Positions 18,000 through 28,157 of a stretch of 32,000 nucleotides of DNA are shown here, piece by piece (the first letter of the stretch is position 1; every line of letters begins with the position of its first letter). The notes below the pieces were generated by a model. It was given only the letters and a program-made list of their open reading frames with translations, was not told where the DNA came from and did not search any database. The position numbers and the translations under genes are program-made. The stretch comes from Synechocystis sp. PCC 6803 substr. PCC-P (lineage in GTDB: Bacteria; Cyanobacteriota; Cyanobacteriia; Cyanobacteriales; Microcystaceae): positions 1,710,001-1,742,000 of the forward strand of contig NC_017039.1 in assembly GCF_000284455.1 (NCBI RefSeq), given 5' to 3'.

Positions 18000-19105
18000 C
18001 TAAAAATAGACAGAATAATCCTATAGCAAAGCAAATTCATCACCTTAGTGCTAACTCCCTTAGCCAGTGTACATAGCTTATTTTTTCACACATGAAAGCC
18101 TGTAAATAACGTAGTTTGTCTAACATTGTTGTACCTGCTTCTTTTGGGATTACCAGTAATTTTAGTATTAAATAAGCAATTATACAGGTATAGATTTGAA
18201 TCCCAATTGCATTCTCATTTTTGGCAATCAGTCTATTCAGCTTTAAGTGCATTTTTAAGAATTTCCATAAAAATTCTATTTGCCATCTTTTTTTATAAAT
18301 TTCTGCTATTTTTTCATCACTAACTCCTTCTATTTCTTTACTTTCTATAGGTAAATTTGTAACCAATCTAAACTCTGAATTATCATGGGTGAATATTACC
18401 ACTCTACTCTCTATTTTATTCTTTCCAGTTCCAACCATATAGTTATCATTGGCTAATTTTTCTAGCTTTATATTATTCTTTATTCTTAATACATGATATT
18501 TGTTATTCTCCTTTTGTAATCTCTTGATTCTCTGTAAGTCACAAAATCCTCTATCCATTACTGCTACTCCATTTTCTGGAGTCTCTTCTATTGTTTCATT
18601 CCCATATTTATTATCATGACCTTGTCCAAAGTGAATTACTATTCCCCCCGGAATCCCTGTTGATAAGTTAATCCCACTGAATACTTTTACCTGATGAAAT
18701 CCAAGGTTCCACATCAACTTACTAGTTATGCTGACAATGGTTGAATCGAGAGGAAATATTTCTAATTCTCCCTGCTTAATTTCCTTCCTTTTCGACAATT
18801 CCTTTTTTAAGGAAAATATTATTTCTCTAAAAACTCCCACATCCCTTTTTTTGCTTGCCTTTGAGAATGTAGATATATCGACTGTCTCTCCTCGTAAGTT
18901 CAGTCTTTTAAACATACTCCTCATGCTTGTCTGGCTCTGGTCTAACATTAATCCTAACCAGATACTCACAAACTTAAATGTGTCTAATACTGGGTAGTCA
19001 TCTTTAGGAAAATTAGATAGATAAGTTTTGACAATATGTCCAAAATTTGATATCATCGCTTCAATTATTCTAATATTTCTGCCCTTTATTCTATCATTTT
19101 AAAGG
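18000..19105 (-). mobile_element. IS4-family insertion sequence (ends approximate)
   Basis: Encloses an IS4-type transposase. Weak terminal similarity: left AAAATAGACAGAATAA near 18003 against reverse-complemented right AAAATGATAGAATAA near 19102. Exact ends and target duplication not established. Confidence 0.6.
18040..19056 (-). CDS. IS4-family DDE transposase
   Basis: 338 aa; IFPLDSTIVS (first catalytic D), VAVMDRGF (second D), and YKKRWQIEFLWKFLK matching the IS4 Y-x2-R-x3-E-x6-K signature. Reads as intact. Confidence 0.85.
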   Translation of the reverse strand: MISNFGHIVKTYLSNFPKDDYPVLDTFKFVSIWLGLMLDQSQTSMRSMFKRLNLRGETVDISTFSKASKKRDVGVFREIIFSLKKELSKRKEIKQGELEIFPLDSTIVSITSKLMWNLGFHQVKVFSGINLSTGIPGGIVIHFGQGHDNKYGNETIEETPENGVAVMDRGFCDLQRIKRLQKENNKYHVLRIKNNIKLEKLANDNYMVGTGKNKIESRVVIFTHDNSEFRLVTNLPIESKEIEGVSDEKIAEIYKKRWQIEFLWKFLKMHLKLNRLIAKNENAIGIQIYTCIIAYLILKLLVIPKEAGTTMLDKLRYLQAFMCEKISYVHWLRELALR

Positions 19106-19193
19106 GCTTTTTTTCTCTTTATAACTATCGTTCAACACTTCTGCTTTTGATTAAGTTTTAACTGTCTTTATCGGTTGCGGAGATCAAGAAATT

Positions 19194-20258
19194 TTAGGGA
19201 GCCACCCCCCGTTGTTTCAATAGAGCCTGTCTTTTCTTACGGGCAATTTCCTGGAGATCAATATTCTTATCAGTTTCATCAACAATTTCCCCGGTTAAAA
19301 CTTCAACCACGTCTTCTAGGGTTATCACACCGGCAACGCCGCCATACTCATCAATAACCACCATTAAATGTTCCCGTTTTTCCTGAAATTGCTTTAGAAG
19401 TTTATCGGCTCTCATGCCTTCTGGAACAAATTGGGCTGGTCGAGCTAATTCTGCGATGGTTTTATAGCCTTCTCCTTGGATTAAAGCAGTGAGTAAATCC
19501 TGTTTGAGGGCAATGCCCAAGACTTCATCAATGTATTCATCAACAATTAAAATACGAGTATGTTGGGATTGGATAATATCTTGTTGGCATTCCGCTAAAG
19601 TTAATTCTCCCAAAAGATAGGTGATAATCACCCTGGGGGTCATCAAATCCACTGCCATCAAATCATTAAGCTGGAAAACCCGCTGAATCATTTGTTCTTC
19701 GTCTCCTTCGATTACCCCTTCTTTGTAACCGAGGGTAGCTAGAAACTTAATTTCTGCTTCGTTGGTGCTGGGTACTCTTTTGCCGTGGGTGAAGGGATTG
19801 GTAATTTGTTCAATCAACCACACTAAAGGAGTAAAAATTAAGGTTAAAAATCTTACTGGTATGGCAATCAAAAGGGCAATGTTAGTGGCATATCTTTCCC
19901 CCAGAGTCTTAGGAATAATTTCGCCAAAAACAATAATTAGCAAGGTTAAAATTCCAGAAAAAACTCCCATCCAAGCATCTTGTAGATGTTTAGTTGCTAA
20001 GGCTCCAATGGTGATACTACCCACAATATTAAAAATGTTGTTGAGCACCACAATGGTGCCAATGGGGCGATTCATCCTATGGCGAATAGCTTGGAGGGCA
20101 ATGGCGGAGGGATTATTGGACTGGGATAACTGCCGTACTTTTACCAAGGGCACAGAAAATAGGGCCGCCTCTGCACAGGAACAAATGCCAGAGCCTAACA
20201 AAACAATGAAAATGGCCGCTACAATTTCCAGCATAAAATTCCGAAACCAACTTACCAA
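19194..20258 (-). CDS. CNNM/CorC-type (hemolysin-like) membrane protein with CBS domains
   Basis: N-terminal membrane domain (CSCAEAALFSVPLVKVRQL, GSITIGALAT, FGEIIPKTLGERYA), then CBS region (DLMTPRVIITYLLGELTLAECQQ, LMVVIDEYGGVAGVITLEDVVEVLTGEIVDE). Confidence 0.9.
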   Translation of the reverse strand: MVSWFRNFMLEIVAAIFIVLLGSGICSCAEAALFSVPLVKVRQLSQSNNPSAIALQAIRHRMNRPIGTIVVLNNIFNIVGSITIGALATKHLQDAWMGVFSGILTLLIIVFGEIIPKTLGERYATNIALLIAIPVRFLTLIFTPLVWLIEQITNPFTHGKRVPSTNEAEIKFLATLGYKEGVIEGDEEQMIQRVFQLNDLMAVDLMTPRVIITYLLGELTLAECQQDIIQSQHTRILIVDEYIDEVLGIALKQDLLTALIQGEGYKTIAELARPAQFVPEGMRADKLLKQFQEKREHLMVVIDEYGGVAGVITLEDVVEVLTGEIVDETDKNIDLQEIARKKRQALLKQRGVAP

Positions 20259-20338
20259 GATTATAGACCATGGCTATTTTCCCCTAGACTGGAGGGCTAG
20301 GAACAAACTTGTCACAAATTCCGCAATTCTTTTTTGCC

Positions 20339-21676
20339 ATGGCTGACCCCACCAAAATCATTGTTATTGATGATGACCCCACCGGCTCCCAAACGGTTCA
20401 CAGTTGCCTGTTGCTGATGCAGTGGGACGTGGAAACTCTGCGGCAAGGTCTACGGGATGAAAGTCCGATCTTTTTTATTCTCAGCAACACCAGGGCCTTA
20501 CCCCCAACTCAGGCGGAACAGGTAGTGATGGAAATTTGCCAGAATTTAAAACTAGCCCTAGCAACGGAAGCGGTCGATCACTACTTGGTTGTAAGTCGTT
20601 CTGATTCCACTCTGCGGGGCCATTACCCCTTGGAAACCGATGTGATCAACCGGGAGTTGGGACCGTTTGATGCCCATTTTCTGGTGCCAGCCTTTTTTGA
20701 AGGGGGCAGGGTAACCAAGGACAGTGTCCATTACCTGATTGTGGATGGTGAATTGGTGCCCGTGGCGGCAACGGAATTTGCCCAGGATTCGGTGTTTGGC
20801 TACCACCATAGTTATTTGCCTGATTATGTGGCAGAAAAAACCCAAGGCAAGATTGGGGCGGCCCAGGTGGAACGCATCACCCTAGGGGATCTTAGTGAGG
20901 CCAATAATGCTTTAGGCGATCGCCTGATGGATTTTAACCATAACCAGTGTGTGGTGGTGGACGGAGAAACCCAAAAAGATTTTGATCGCCTGGCGGCAAG
21001 TATGCTCATAGCTAGTGGCCAGGGCAAACATTTTCTGTTGCGGAGTGCGGCCAGTATTCTCACATCCCTAGCTAATTTGGGGCCCCAACCAGTGGCTCCG
21101 GTGGCCATGGCCAGCTATAAACCCACCAACCAACCAGGAATAATTTTGGTGGGCTCCCATGTGCAAAAAACCACCGAACAATTGATGACATTGCTCAAGG
21201 ATCAAACGGTGCAGGGCATTGAAATTCCAGTGCAACAATTGCGGGATCATCCCGATAGTCCAGCCGAAATTATTGTCAATGCTTTGACGGCGGTGAACGA
21301 AATTCGCGCCGAGGGAAAAACACCGGTAATTTACACCAGTCGAGGGGAATTAAGTTTTGCCTCAGTGCAGGCACGGTTAGACTTTGGCGTTACCCTGTCC
21401 CAACTGTTGATGAAAATTGTCCAACAATTACCCCAGGACATCAGCTTTTTGATCAGCAAAGGAGGTATTACTTCCAATGACGTGCTGAGCGTGGGATTAC
21501 AGTTAACTTCTGTACGGTTGTTGGGGCAAATTATTCCCGGTTGTTCCCTAGTGAGAACGGATGAGGATCATCCCCGTTTTCCCCTTTTGCCGGTGGTTTT
21601 ATTTCCCGGTAACGTAGGCAATGCTCGGGGTTTAGCCACAGTTTATGAACGTTTGTCCGACAAGCCTAATTCTTGA
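20339..21676 (+). CDS. Four-carbon acid sugar kinase family (DUF1537) protein
   Basis: IIVIDDDPTGSQTVHSCLLL, RSDSTLRGHYPLETDVI, AFFEGGRVTKDSVHYL, ISKGGITSNDVLSVGL and VLFPGNVGN. The likely start is MADPTKII at 20339. Confidence 0.87.
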   Translation: MADPTKIIVIDDDPTGSQTVHSCLLLMQWDVETLRQGLRDESPIFFILSNTRALPPTQAEQVVMEICQNLKLALATEAVDHYLVVSRSDSTLRGHYPLETDVINRELGPFDAHFLVPAFFEGGRVTKDSVHYLIVDGELVPVAATEFAQDSVFGYHHSYLPDYVAEKTQGKIGAAQVERITLGDLSEANNALGDRLMDFNHNQCVVVDGETQKDFDRLAASMLIASGQGKHFLLRSAASILTSLANLGPQPVAPVAMASYKPTNQPGIILVGSHVQKTTEQLMTLLKDQTVQGIEIPVQQLRDHPDSPAEIIVNALTAVNEIRAEGKTPVIYTSRGELSFASVQARLDFGVTLSQLLMKIVQQLPQDISFLISKGGITSNDVLSVGLQLTSVRLLGQIIPGCSLVRTDEDHPRFPLLPVVLFPGNVGNARGLATVYERLSDKPNS

Positions 21677-21836
21677 TCAATTTTTTACTAATTCATCCCA
21701 ATTATCGTCGTTGATTTGCTGACTGGTTGACTTGCTTGAACAGGGGGAAATTGATTGTTAACTAGACTTTTTCGGTCGGCGATCGCCAGCAACTAAGTAA
21801 CTCCTTTGTCCATTTCTCACAGACCATATTACAGCT

Positions 21837-23351
21837 ATGACCATTGGCATTTGGATATTGGGAGATCAACTTTGGTCGGGGCAGACGGCCTTAAAAAGCC
21901 ATCAAGGCGATCGCTCACAGGTCCCCGTTCTCCTGATCGAGTCGGCGGAATTTGCCCGTCAACGACCCTACCATCGCCAAAAATTAGTGTTGGTTTGGTC
22001 CGCCATGCGCCACTTTGCTGAAGATTTGAGGGCCGAGGGCTGGTCCGTTACCTATGAAATTGCCGCAGATTTCCTCACTCCCCTACACCATTGGCTTAAA
22101 ACCCAGGGCGTTAGTCACCTCCAAGTCATGGCCCCTGGCGATCGCCCCTTTGAAGCTTGGTTAAAATCTTTGACTCTGCCCTGTGAACTAACCCTATTAC
22201 CCAACAATCATTTTCTCTGGTCTAGGGAGGATTTTTCCGCCTGGGCTGGCGATCGTAAGCGCCTATTACTGGAAGATTTTTACCGTGCAGGGCGCAAACG
22301 TTGGCAAATTTTGATGGTGGATGATCAACCTGTGGGGGGCCGCTGGAATTTTGACCAGGATAATCGCAAGCCCGCCAAAAAGAACCTTTCTCCCCCCAAG
22401 CCCCTTTCTTTTCCCCCCGATGACATTACCCAACAGGTTATCGAACGGATAGAACAATTAAATTTACCTGGTTATGGGCAATTATCTGGCTTTCAATGGG
22501 GAGTTAGCCGTCAAGACGCCCTGCAAGGGCTGAAATATTTTGTTGATGTTGGTTTAAGTCAATTTGGCACCTACCAAGATGCCATGGTAATGGGGCAGAA
22601 AACCCTCTGGCACAGTCTGATTTCCCCCTATTTAAATTTAGGATTGTTGACCCCATTAGAAGTTATTGAAGCAGCTACTAACGCCTTTGCCACCCAAGAC
22701 ATTTCTTTAAACAATGTGGAGGGATTTATTCGTCAGGTTTTGGGCTGGCGGGAATATATGCAGGGCATTTATCAATGGGTAGATGAAGATTACGGGCAGG
22801 GTAATTGGTTTAACCATGACTTTCCTTTGCCTGAGTTTTATTGGCAATCCAGCCACACCAAAATGAATTGTTTAGCCACTGTCTTAAACCAAGTCGAAGA
22901 AACAGGTTATGCTCACCATATTCAACGATTAATGGTTCTCAGCAACTTTGCCTTAATTGTTGGCGTTAATCCTCAAAAACTCCAAGACTGGTTCCATGCC
23001 GCTTTTATCGATGCCTACGACTGGGTAATGCAAACCAATGTGTTAGGAATGGGGCAGTTTGCAGATGGAGGAATATTAGCATCAAAACCCTATGCTTCTT
23101 CTGCTAACTACATTAATAAAATGAGTGATTATTGCCAACAATGCTCCTACAACCATAAAGCTAGAACTGGTAAAGATGCCTGTCCCTTTAACTATTTCTA
23201 TTGGGATTTTCTTGCACGGCATCAAGAAAAATTACAACACACTGGAAGGATGGGTCTTATTTTGGCCAATTTAAAACGAATTGAACCAACCGAAATGTCG
23301 GCAATGCAAACGTTAGCTGAGAACTGGCGTCAGGCTCATTTAAACTCATAG
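21837..23351 (+). CDS. FeS-type deoxyribodipyrimidine photolyase/cryptochrome-related protein (bacterial 6-4 photolyase / PhrB-like group)
   Basis: MTIGIWILGDQLW N-terminus, FIRQVLGWREYMQGIYW-like segment (IRQVLGWREYMQGIYQWV), QTNVLGMGQFADGG, KMSDYCQQCSYNHKARTGKDACPFNYFYWDFLARH with the Cys cluster of the FeS-containing group. Confidence 0.88.
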   Translation: MTIGIWILGDQLWSGQTALKSHQGDRSQVPVLLIESAEFARQRPYHRQKLVLVWSAMRHFAEDLRAEGWSVTYEIAADFLTPLHHWLKTQGVSHLQVMAPGDRPFEAWLKSLTLPCELTLLPNNHFLWSREDFSAWAGDRKRLLLEDFYRAGRKRWQILMVDDQPVGGRWNFDQDNRKPAKKNLSPPKPLSFPPDDITQQVIERIEQLNLPGYGQLSGFQWGVSRQDALQGLKYFVDVGLSQFGTYQDAMVMGQKTLWHSLISPYLNLGLLTPLEVIEAATNAFATQDISLNNVEGFIRQVLGWREYMQGIYQWVDEDYGQGNWFNHDFPLPEFYWQSSHTKMNCLATVLNQVEETGYAHHIQRLMVLSNFALIVGVNPQKLQDWFHAAFIDAYDWVMQTNVLGMGQFADGGILASKPYASSANYINKMSDYCQQCSYNHKARTGKDACPFNYFYWDFLARHQEKLQHTGRMGLILANLKRIEPTEMSAMQTLAENWRQAHLNS

Positions 23352-23409
23352 TAGATTCCCAATCAAAGCACTCCGGGTAGTTCAAATAGGACTGAAAAAT
23401 TGTTTAAAA

Positions 23410-26238
23410 CTAAACTTTGTTCGGTAAAGGATAATGGGTTCTTAGCCAAGCTTCTTCCTGTTGGCGATCGCCTAATTCTCCGTCTAGGCAAGCGTTTAAT
23501 AAATCAGTCAAAATTTGCTTAAATTGGGGCCCCGGTTTATAACCCAGCGCTTTGAGGTCGTGGCCAGTTAAAAATGGCGACACTTGGCATAGCTGGCTGA
23601 AATAAAACCAAATTTGCTTTCTCAACAGCTTATTTCCCCTGGCGGCCACCAGGAATAAACTGAAGCGGTCATAATCCTTCAATGTTTGGTAAATGACGCT
23701 GGACTTTGGACTGGACTTTGGAGATGCTGGGGAATTTAAACCCTTGGCGATCGCCGTTTCGATGGTTTCTAAGTTAGTTAATCCGTCAATGGTGGCCTTG
23801 GGTAACTGTAAGCCCGCCGCAATTTTTTCCCTTTCCTGGGGTGGTAAAGCCCCCAATAAAATACCTAGGCGCAGTAACCAATGTTCTAGGTTTCGCTCCG
23901 GGTCAAACCAGCGTAACCAGCGGGAGAGATAACGTACTTGCCACCATAATTGCTCTGTTAGCTTTAGCTCTGCATGAAGACATTTAAGCGCATCTAAATC
24001 CGCCAGTAACGTCAATGCCCCTTTCCAATAGGGGGCTTTGAGAATAATAGAAAGCTCCGCCTTTAAACGGGTAGTTAGGGCCGGAGTGGGATGCTCCGTT
24101 AGCCGCCAACGTTCATAGACTCCACTGGCGATCGCATAGCGGATATAGGTTTCCGTCTGGGGTTCCAGTTCAAAGCCGAGGCGCACCACAAACCGCACTG
24201 CTCGGTAAATGCGGGTGGGGTCTTCAATGAAACTATTGGCGTGTAATACCCTCACCTGTTGGCTTTGCAGGTCATTCATGCCGCCAAAAAAGTCTAACAA
24301 TTTGCCCGGATTGGGATTGGTTAAGCGGATGGAAAGGGCGTTAATGGTAAAGTCCCGCCGGTATAAATCCTGGCGAATGGAACTAGCTTCCACTTCTGGG
24401 TTCGCCGCTGGATAGGGATAAAACTCTGTGCGGGCAGTGGCAATGTCTACCCACAGGGTATCTAGCTGGGGATCTTTATGCCAGAGCAACGCCGCCGTTT
24501 GGAATTCCCCATGGACCGATAACCTCGCGCCGGGATAGTCCCCCTGCAAAGCTTGGGCTAACTCAACCCCAGCCCCCACATCCGCCGTGGCATGGAAGCC
24601 ATCCACCACCAAATCAATATCTTGAAAAGTAATGTTTTGATGTTTTTCTGCCCCCTGGGAATGGCGGAGCCACAAATCGCGCACAGCTCCCCCCACCAGA
24701 TATAAATGCCAACCCCTAGTCTGGGCCTGTTGAGCGGCCGTAGTTAATAATTGCCAAGTGGCCGGTGGTAAATGGGTTTTTAGCAGTTGCAGTAGGCTAC
24801 CCTGGCCAAAATTCTGATTAGGAGTGGTCGGGCGATCTCGCAGAGATCCGCTGCGCGGTGCGCCAAACCGTCCCGATTGTTCTTGTTTATCCTGCAATAA
24901 TTGCCGTAACACATCGGTCCGGGTCACAATGCCCACTAATTTTTCCTGGTCCATAACAGGCAAGCGACCCACGTCATCGGCCACCATAATCGCTTCAATG
25001 CGGGGTAAGGGGGTGTCAGGGGCAATGGTTTTAACGTTGCGGGTCATGTAACCTTTTACCGGGGCATGGCTGAAACCGTGGTGCAGGGCTAAATCCAAAT
25101 CCCGACGGGAAATAATGCCCACCAATTTTTCTTCTTGATTCACCACTGTCAAACCAGAATGGCCGTAACGAAACAAAACCCGTTGGGCCTGTTCAATGGT
25201 GGTGTGTGGTCGAATGGTCCGCACCGGAGAAGACATAAAATCCCTAGCCAATAGGGGTTTGGGAATTTGTCTTTGTAAAGCTTGGTAGATTTCTGCCATT
25301 ACGGTGGTTGGCTCAACATCCCGCAAATTAACCGCTGCCGCCTGGGCATGGCCCCCGCCGCCATAGGGTTCCAACAATTGGGTTAAATCCGTATCGGGAA
25401 TACGGGTACGGCCAATGAGGGAAAAGCGTTGGTTACTAATTACTCCGGTTTTTTCTCGCTGTTCATCGTTTTTGGTTTTATCTTTGCCTTTGTCGTAAAC
25501 ATGACCCAGTAGTAGGGCATCACATTCTGTCAGAGATAATAATCTTTCCGTCAAATGGGACAGGCCCGGCACAAAATTTTCCGTGGTTAAGAGCACTGAA
25601 CCGAGCCAATAGCCCCGCACCATTTCCTTGTGGAGATTTTGCATCGCTTCCGCAAACAAAAATTGCAGAGGTGGGGGAAAGCCTGGGTCAGCGTATTCCG
25701 CAATCAAACGTAAATTAGCTCCCTGTTCCATTAACCAAGCTAGGGCTTTTACATCCCGCACTGTGGTTTGGGTAAAGGTCAAACTGCCGGTGTCCACATG
25801 GATACCCAGGGCCATTACCGACGCTTCCACCATGGAAAGACTTATATCAGCCCGTTGTAATTTCTCCACAATTAAAGTTGTACTGGCCCCCACCGCTTCC
25901 AGCTCCCAAATATCCGCTTCGATATCCCTAGGACTGTTGAGATGATGGTCATAAATGGCAACCTGTCGCAGATGGGGCAACGTTAACCAGTCCGCTGCTT
26001 TGCCCAGGCGATCACCTTGTTGATTATCGACAATGTAGAGGGAACGAATTTTGTCGGGGTTGACGCTCCGCAGTTCAATGAGGGGAAATTCGTTACGATG
26101 GAGTGCTAAAAATTGCCGCACTGTGGGATGGGAACCACCAGTCAAGACAATGCGACTGCCGGGATGGAGTTTGGCTAGCCCCACCGCCGCCCCTAACACA
26201 TCAAAGTCCGCCGTTTGATGGCAAAGAATTAAATCCAT
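23410..26238 (-). CDS. Multidomain protein: DHH/DHHA1 phosphoesterase + paired CBS + poly(A) polymerase/tRNA nucleotidyltransferase
   Basis: N-terminal DHH domain ([27 protein letters not shown]), DHHA1 [14 protein letters not shown] pair ([19 protein letters not shown]; [22 protein letters not shown]), then [43 protein letters not shown]. Confidence 0.93.
24831..24864. repeat. Short palindromic GC-rich interspersed repeat inside a coding region
   Basis: GGCGATCTCGCAGAGATCCGCTGCGCGGTGCGCC; contains the perfect hairpin GATCTC-GCA-GAGATC. In the host frame it encodes [12 protein letters not shown] in a linker between the CBS and nucleotidyltransferase domains. Confidence 0.6.
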
Positions 26239-26365
26239 AGGTTTTCTAACAAACCTTGATTAAAGTTAGATATCAACATTATCCTTTGCCTCGAACGTAT
26301 AGATAGAGGGATTAATTCGACATTCCACTGGCAAAAGATATCATCCCGGCAAGCCTTGAAACTGG

Positions 26366-27145
26366 TTAAAGATATCGGGTTAATTGGATGCGATAGCGTT
26401 CCTTTTTGGTGACTGTAATCTCGCCTATTTCTAGCCTACCTTTCCCACGATAGGTGACTAAATCTCCCGCTTTGAGGGCATAGCTCGACTGGGTGACGGG
26501 CTTCCAATTGACCTGCACATTGCCCTGGGTGACCGCATCGGCCATTTTACTGCGGGACAAACCAAACCCTGCTGAAGCAATGGCATCTAAGCGCAGGGAA
26601 GCTTCCACCGTAGTCATTTCTTTGGTTTTAGGCGGGCGAATTTTTAACTCTTCCAGGGCGATCGCCTTAGCTTTAACTGGTACAGTACGCACCTGGGTTA
26701 AATGAAGACTGATGAATTCCGCTACCTCCGGCACCACGATCGCCTGGGCTCCCCTTTCTCCCAACAGAATAATATCCCCCACTTTTTCCCTTACTAACCC
26801 GGTGCCCAACAAAGCCCCCAAAAAGTCCCGATGGCTAGCGGGGTCAAAGAGAAAATTACCCGCCACATCCAATGCAGTGAGGGGTATCTGCTCCGTTTCT
26901 AATGGTATTTCTGCCCTAGCAATGGCCAGTCTCTGCCGTTCCGCTTGGGGATAGCCCCCCCAGGGTAAAAAATGTAATTCCGTCAGGGAATCAAAACGGG
27001 TTTGAATTTCCGCAATCAGGGGCGGCGCACAAAAATCAGACACCACCACTTCCCAGGTACGCAGGGCCTGTTCCGCCTGGTCAATTACCCTGGCGATCGC
27101 CTCCCGGTCTGGGGCCCCCTTTAACAAAGCTTCTCTTGGTAACAT
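26366..27145 (-). CDS. S4 RNA-binding domain protein (YlmH / photosystem II S4 domain protein family)
   Basis: EASLRLDAIASAGFGLSRSKMADAVTQGNVQVNWKPVTQSSYALKAGDLVTYRGKGRLEI, a C-terminal S4 domain in the YlmH-like architecture. Confidence 0.88.
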   Translation of the reverse strand: MLPREALLKGAPDREAIARVIDQAEQALRTWEVVVSDFCAPPLIAEIQTRFDSLTELHFLPWGGYPQAERQRLAIARAEIPLETEQIPLTALDVAGNFLFDPASHRDFLGALLGTGLVREKVGDIILLGERGAQAIVVPEVAEFISLHLTQVRTVPVKAKAIALEELKIRPPKTKEMTTVEASLRLDAIASAGFGLSRSKMADAVTQGNVQVNWKPVTQSSYALKAGDLVTYRGKGRLEIGEITVTKKERYRIQLTRYL

Positions 27146-27262
27146 CGAGCAACGGCATTAGCTAACAAATCATTGTGGCAACTTTGGTGACCGGTTTGTC
27201 AAGGAGCTACAATGCGCCTATGGTTTCGTCCCCCCTACCGTCCCATTCTTCAAACCCCGGCG

Positions 27263-28063
27263 ATGACCCAATCAATTATCTTGGCAGAATTAAGCTCCTG
27301 GCTCCGGCGATCGGGACAAGCAATTTTATTGTTGGGCAACACTTCCTTTCAGCTTTTTACCGGCAAAATTGATGGGCGCAACACCACTCAACAATTGATG
27401 TTTGTTGGCCCCGCTTCCCTCCCCATTACCCTAATTACCGCCGCTGTCATTGGCATGATTTTCACCATCCAGGTAGCAAGGGAATTTTTAGCTTTTGGAG
27501 CAGGCAGTGCTGTGGGGGGGATTTTAATGTTGGCCCTGGGCCGAGAACTATGCCCGATCATGACAGCCGTGGTGGTGGCCGGGCGGGTTGGGTCAGCCTT
27601 TGCCGCCGAAATAGGTACTATGCGGGTGACAGAACAAATTGATGCCCTCTATATGCTCAACACTAACCCGGTGGAATATTTAGTCATTCCTCGACTGTTG
27701 GCCTGTTGCATTATGGTGCCCACTTTGAGTGTGCTGGCTTTAGTAACCGGCATGATGGGGGGAGCGGTAATTTCCAGCAATGTTTATGGCATTGCCAACC
27801 AGGTATTTTTTGAATCCATACAGACCTTTGTTACCCCCTGGGACATATTCTGCGGCCCCGTCAAGGGCATTGTGTTTGGAGTTTTAATCGCCATCATTGG
27901 TTGTAACTGGGGCCTGACTACTAGGGGCGGAGCCAAAGGAGTGGGGGAATCCACCACCGCCGCAGTGGTAACTTCTCTGTTGGCAATTTTTGTGAGTAAC
28001 TTTCTGATGTCTTGGATTATGTTCCAGGGCAGTGGTTCTGGTGCTGTGCTAATGGGGAATTAA
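27263..28063 (+). CDS. mlaE-like: MlaE-family ABC transporter permease
   Basis: MIFTIQVAREFLAFGAGSAVGGILMLALGRELCPIMTAVVVAGRVGSAFAAEIGTMRVTEQIDALYMLNTNPVEYLVIPR. The start could instead be 27212. Confidence 0.92.
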   Translation: MTQSIILAELSSWLRRSGQAILLLGNTSFQLFTGKIDGRNTTQQLMFVGPASLPITLITAAVIGMIFTIQVAREFLAFGAGSAVGGILMLALGRELCPIMTAVVVAGRVGSAFAAEIGTMRVTEQIDALYMLNTNPVEYLVIPRLLACCIMVPTLSVLALVTGMMGGAVISSNVYGIANQVFFESIQTFVTPWDIFCGPVKGIVFGVLIAIIGCNWGLTTRGGAKGVGESTTAAVVTSLLAIFVSNFLMSWIMFQGSGSGAVLMGN

Positions 28064-28157
28064 GTACGCACCGCATATTGTTTATTTACTAGAGACCGGC
28101 TAAAAGCGACTAGTGCCAATGGGTAATCACACTTAAGGATGCTTTTCAAACATGCTT

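Noticed and set aside
18126-18997. Plus-strand ORFs 18126..18323 and 18728..18997 in the IS4 element
   Set aside because: Antisense to an apparently intact transposase, with no domain signal.
19762-20346. 194-aa plus-strand ORF
   Set aside because: Antisense to the CNNM/CorC gene, whose protein domains are unambiguous.
23693-25945. Several plus-strand ORFs (23693..23932, 24209..24415, 24824..25051, 25628..25945)
   Set aside because: All antisense to the DHH-CBS-nucleotidyltransferase gene and without recognisable domains.
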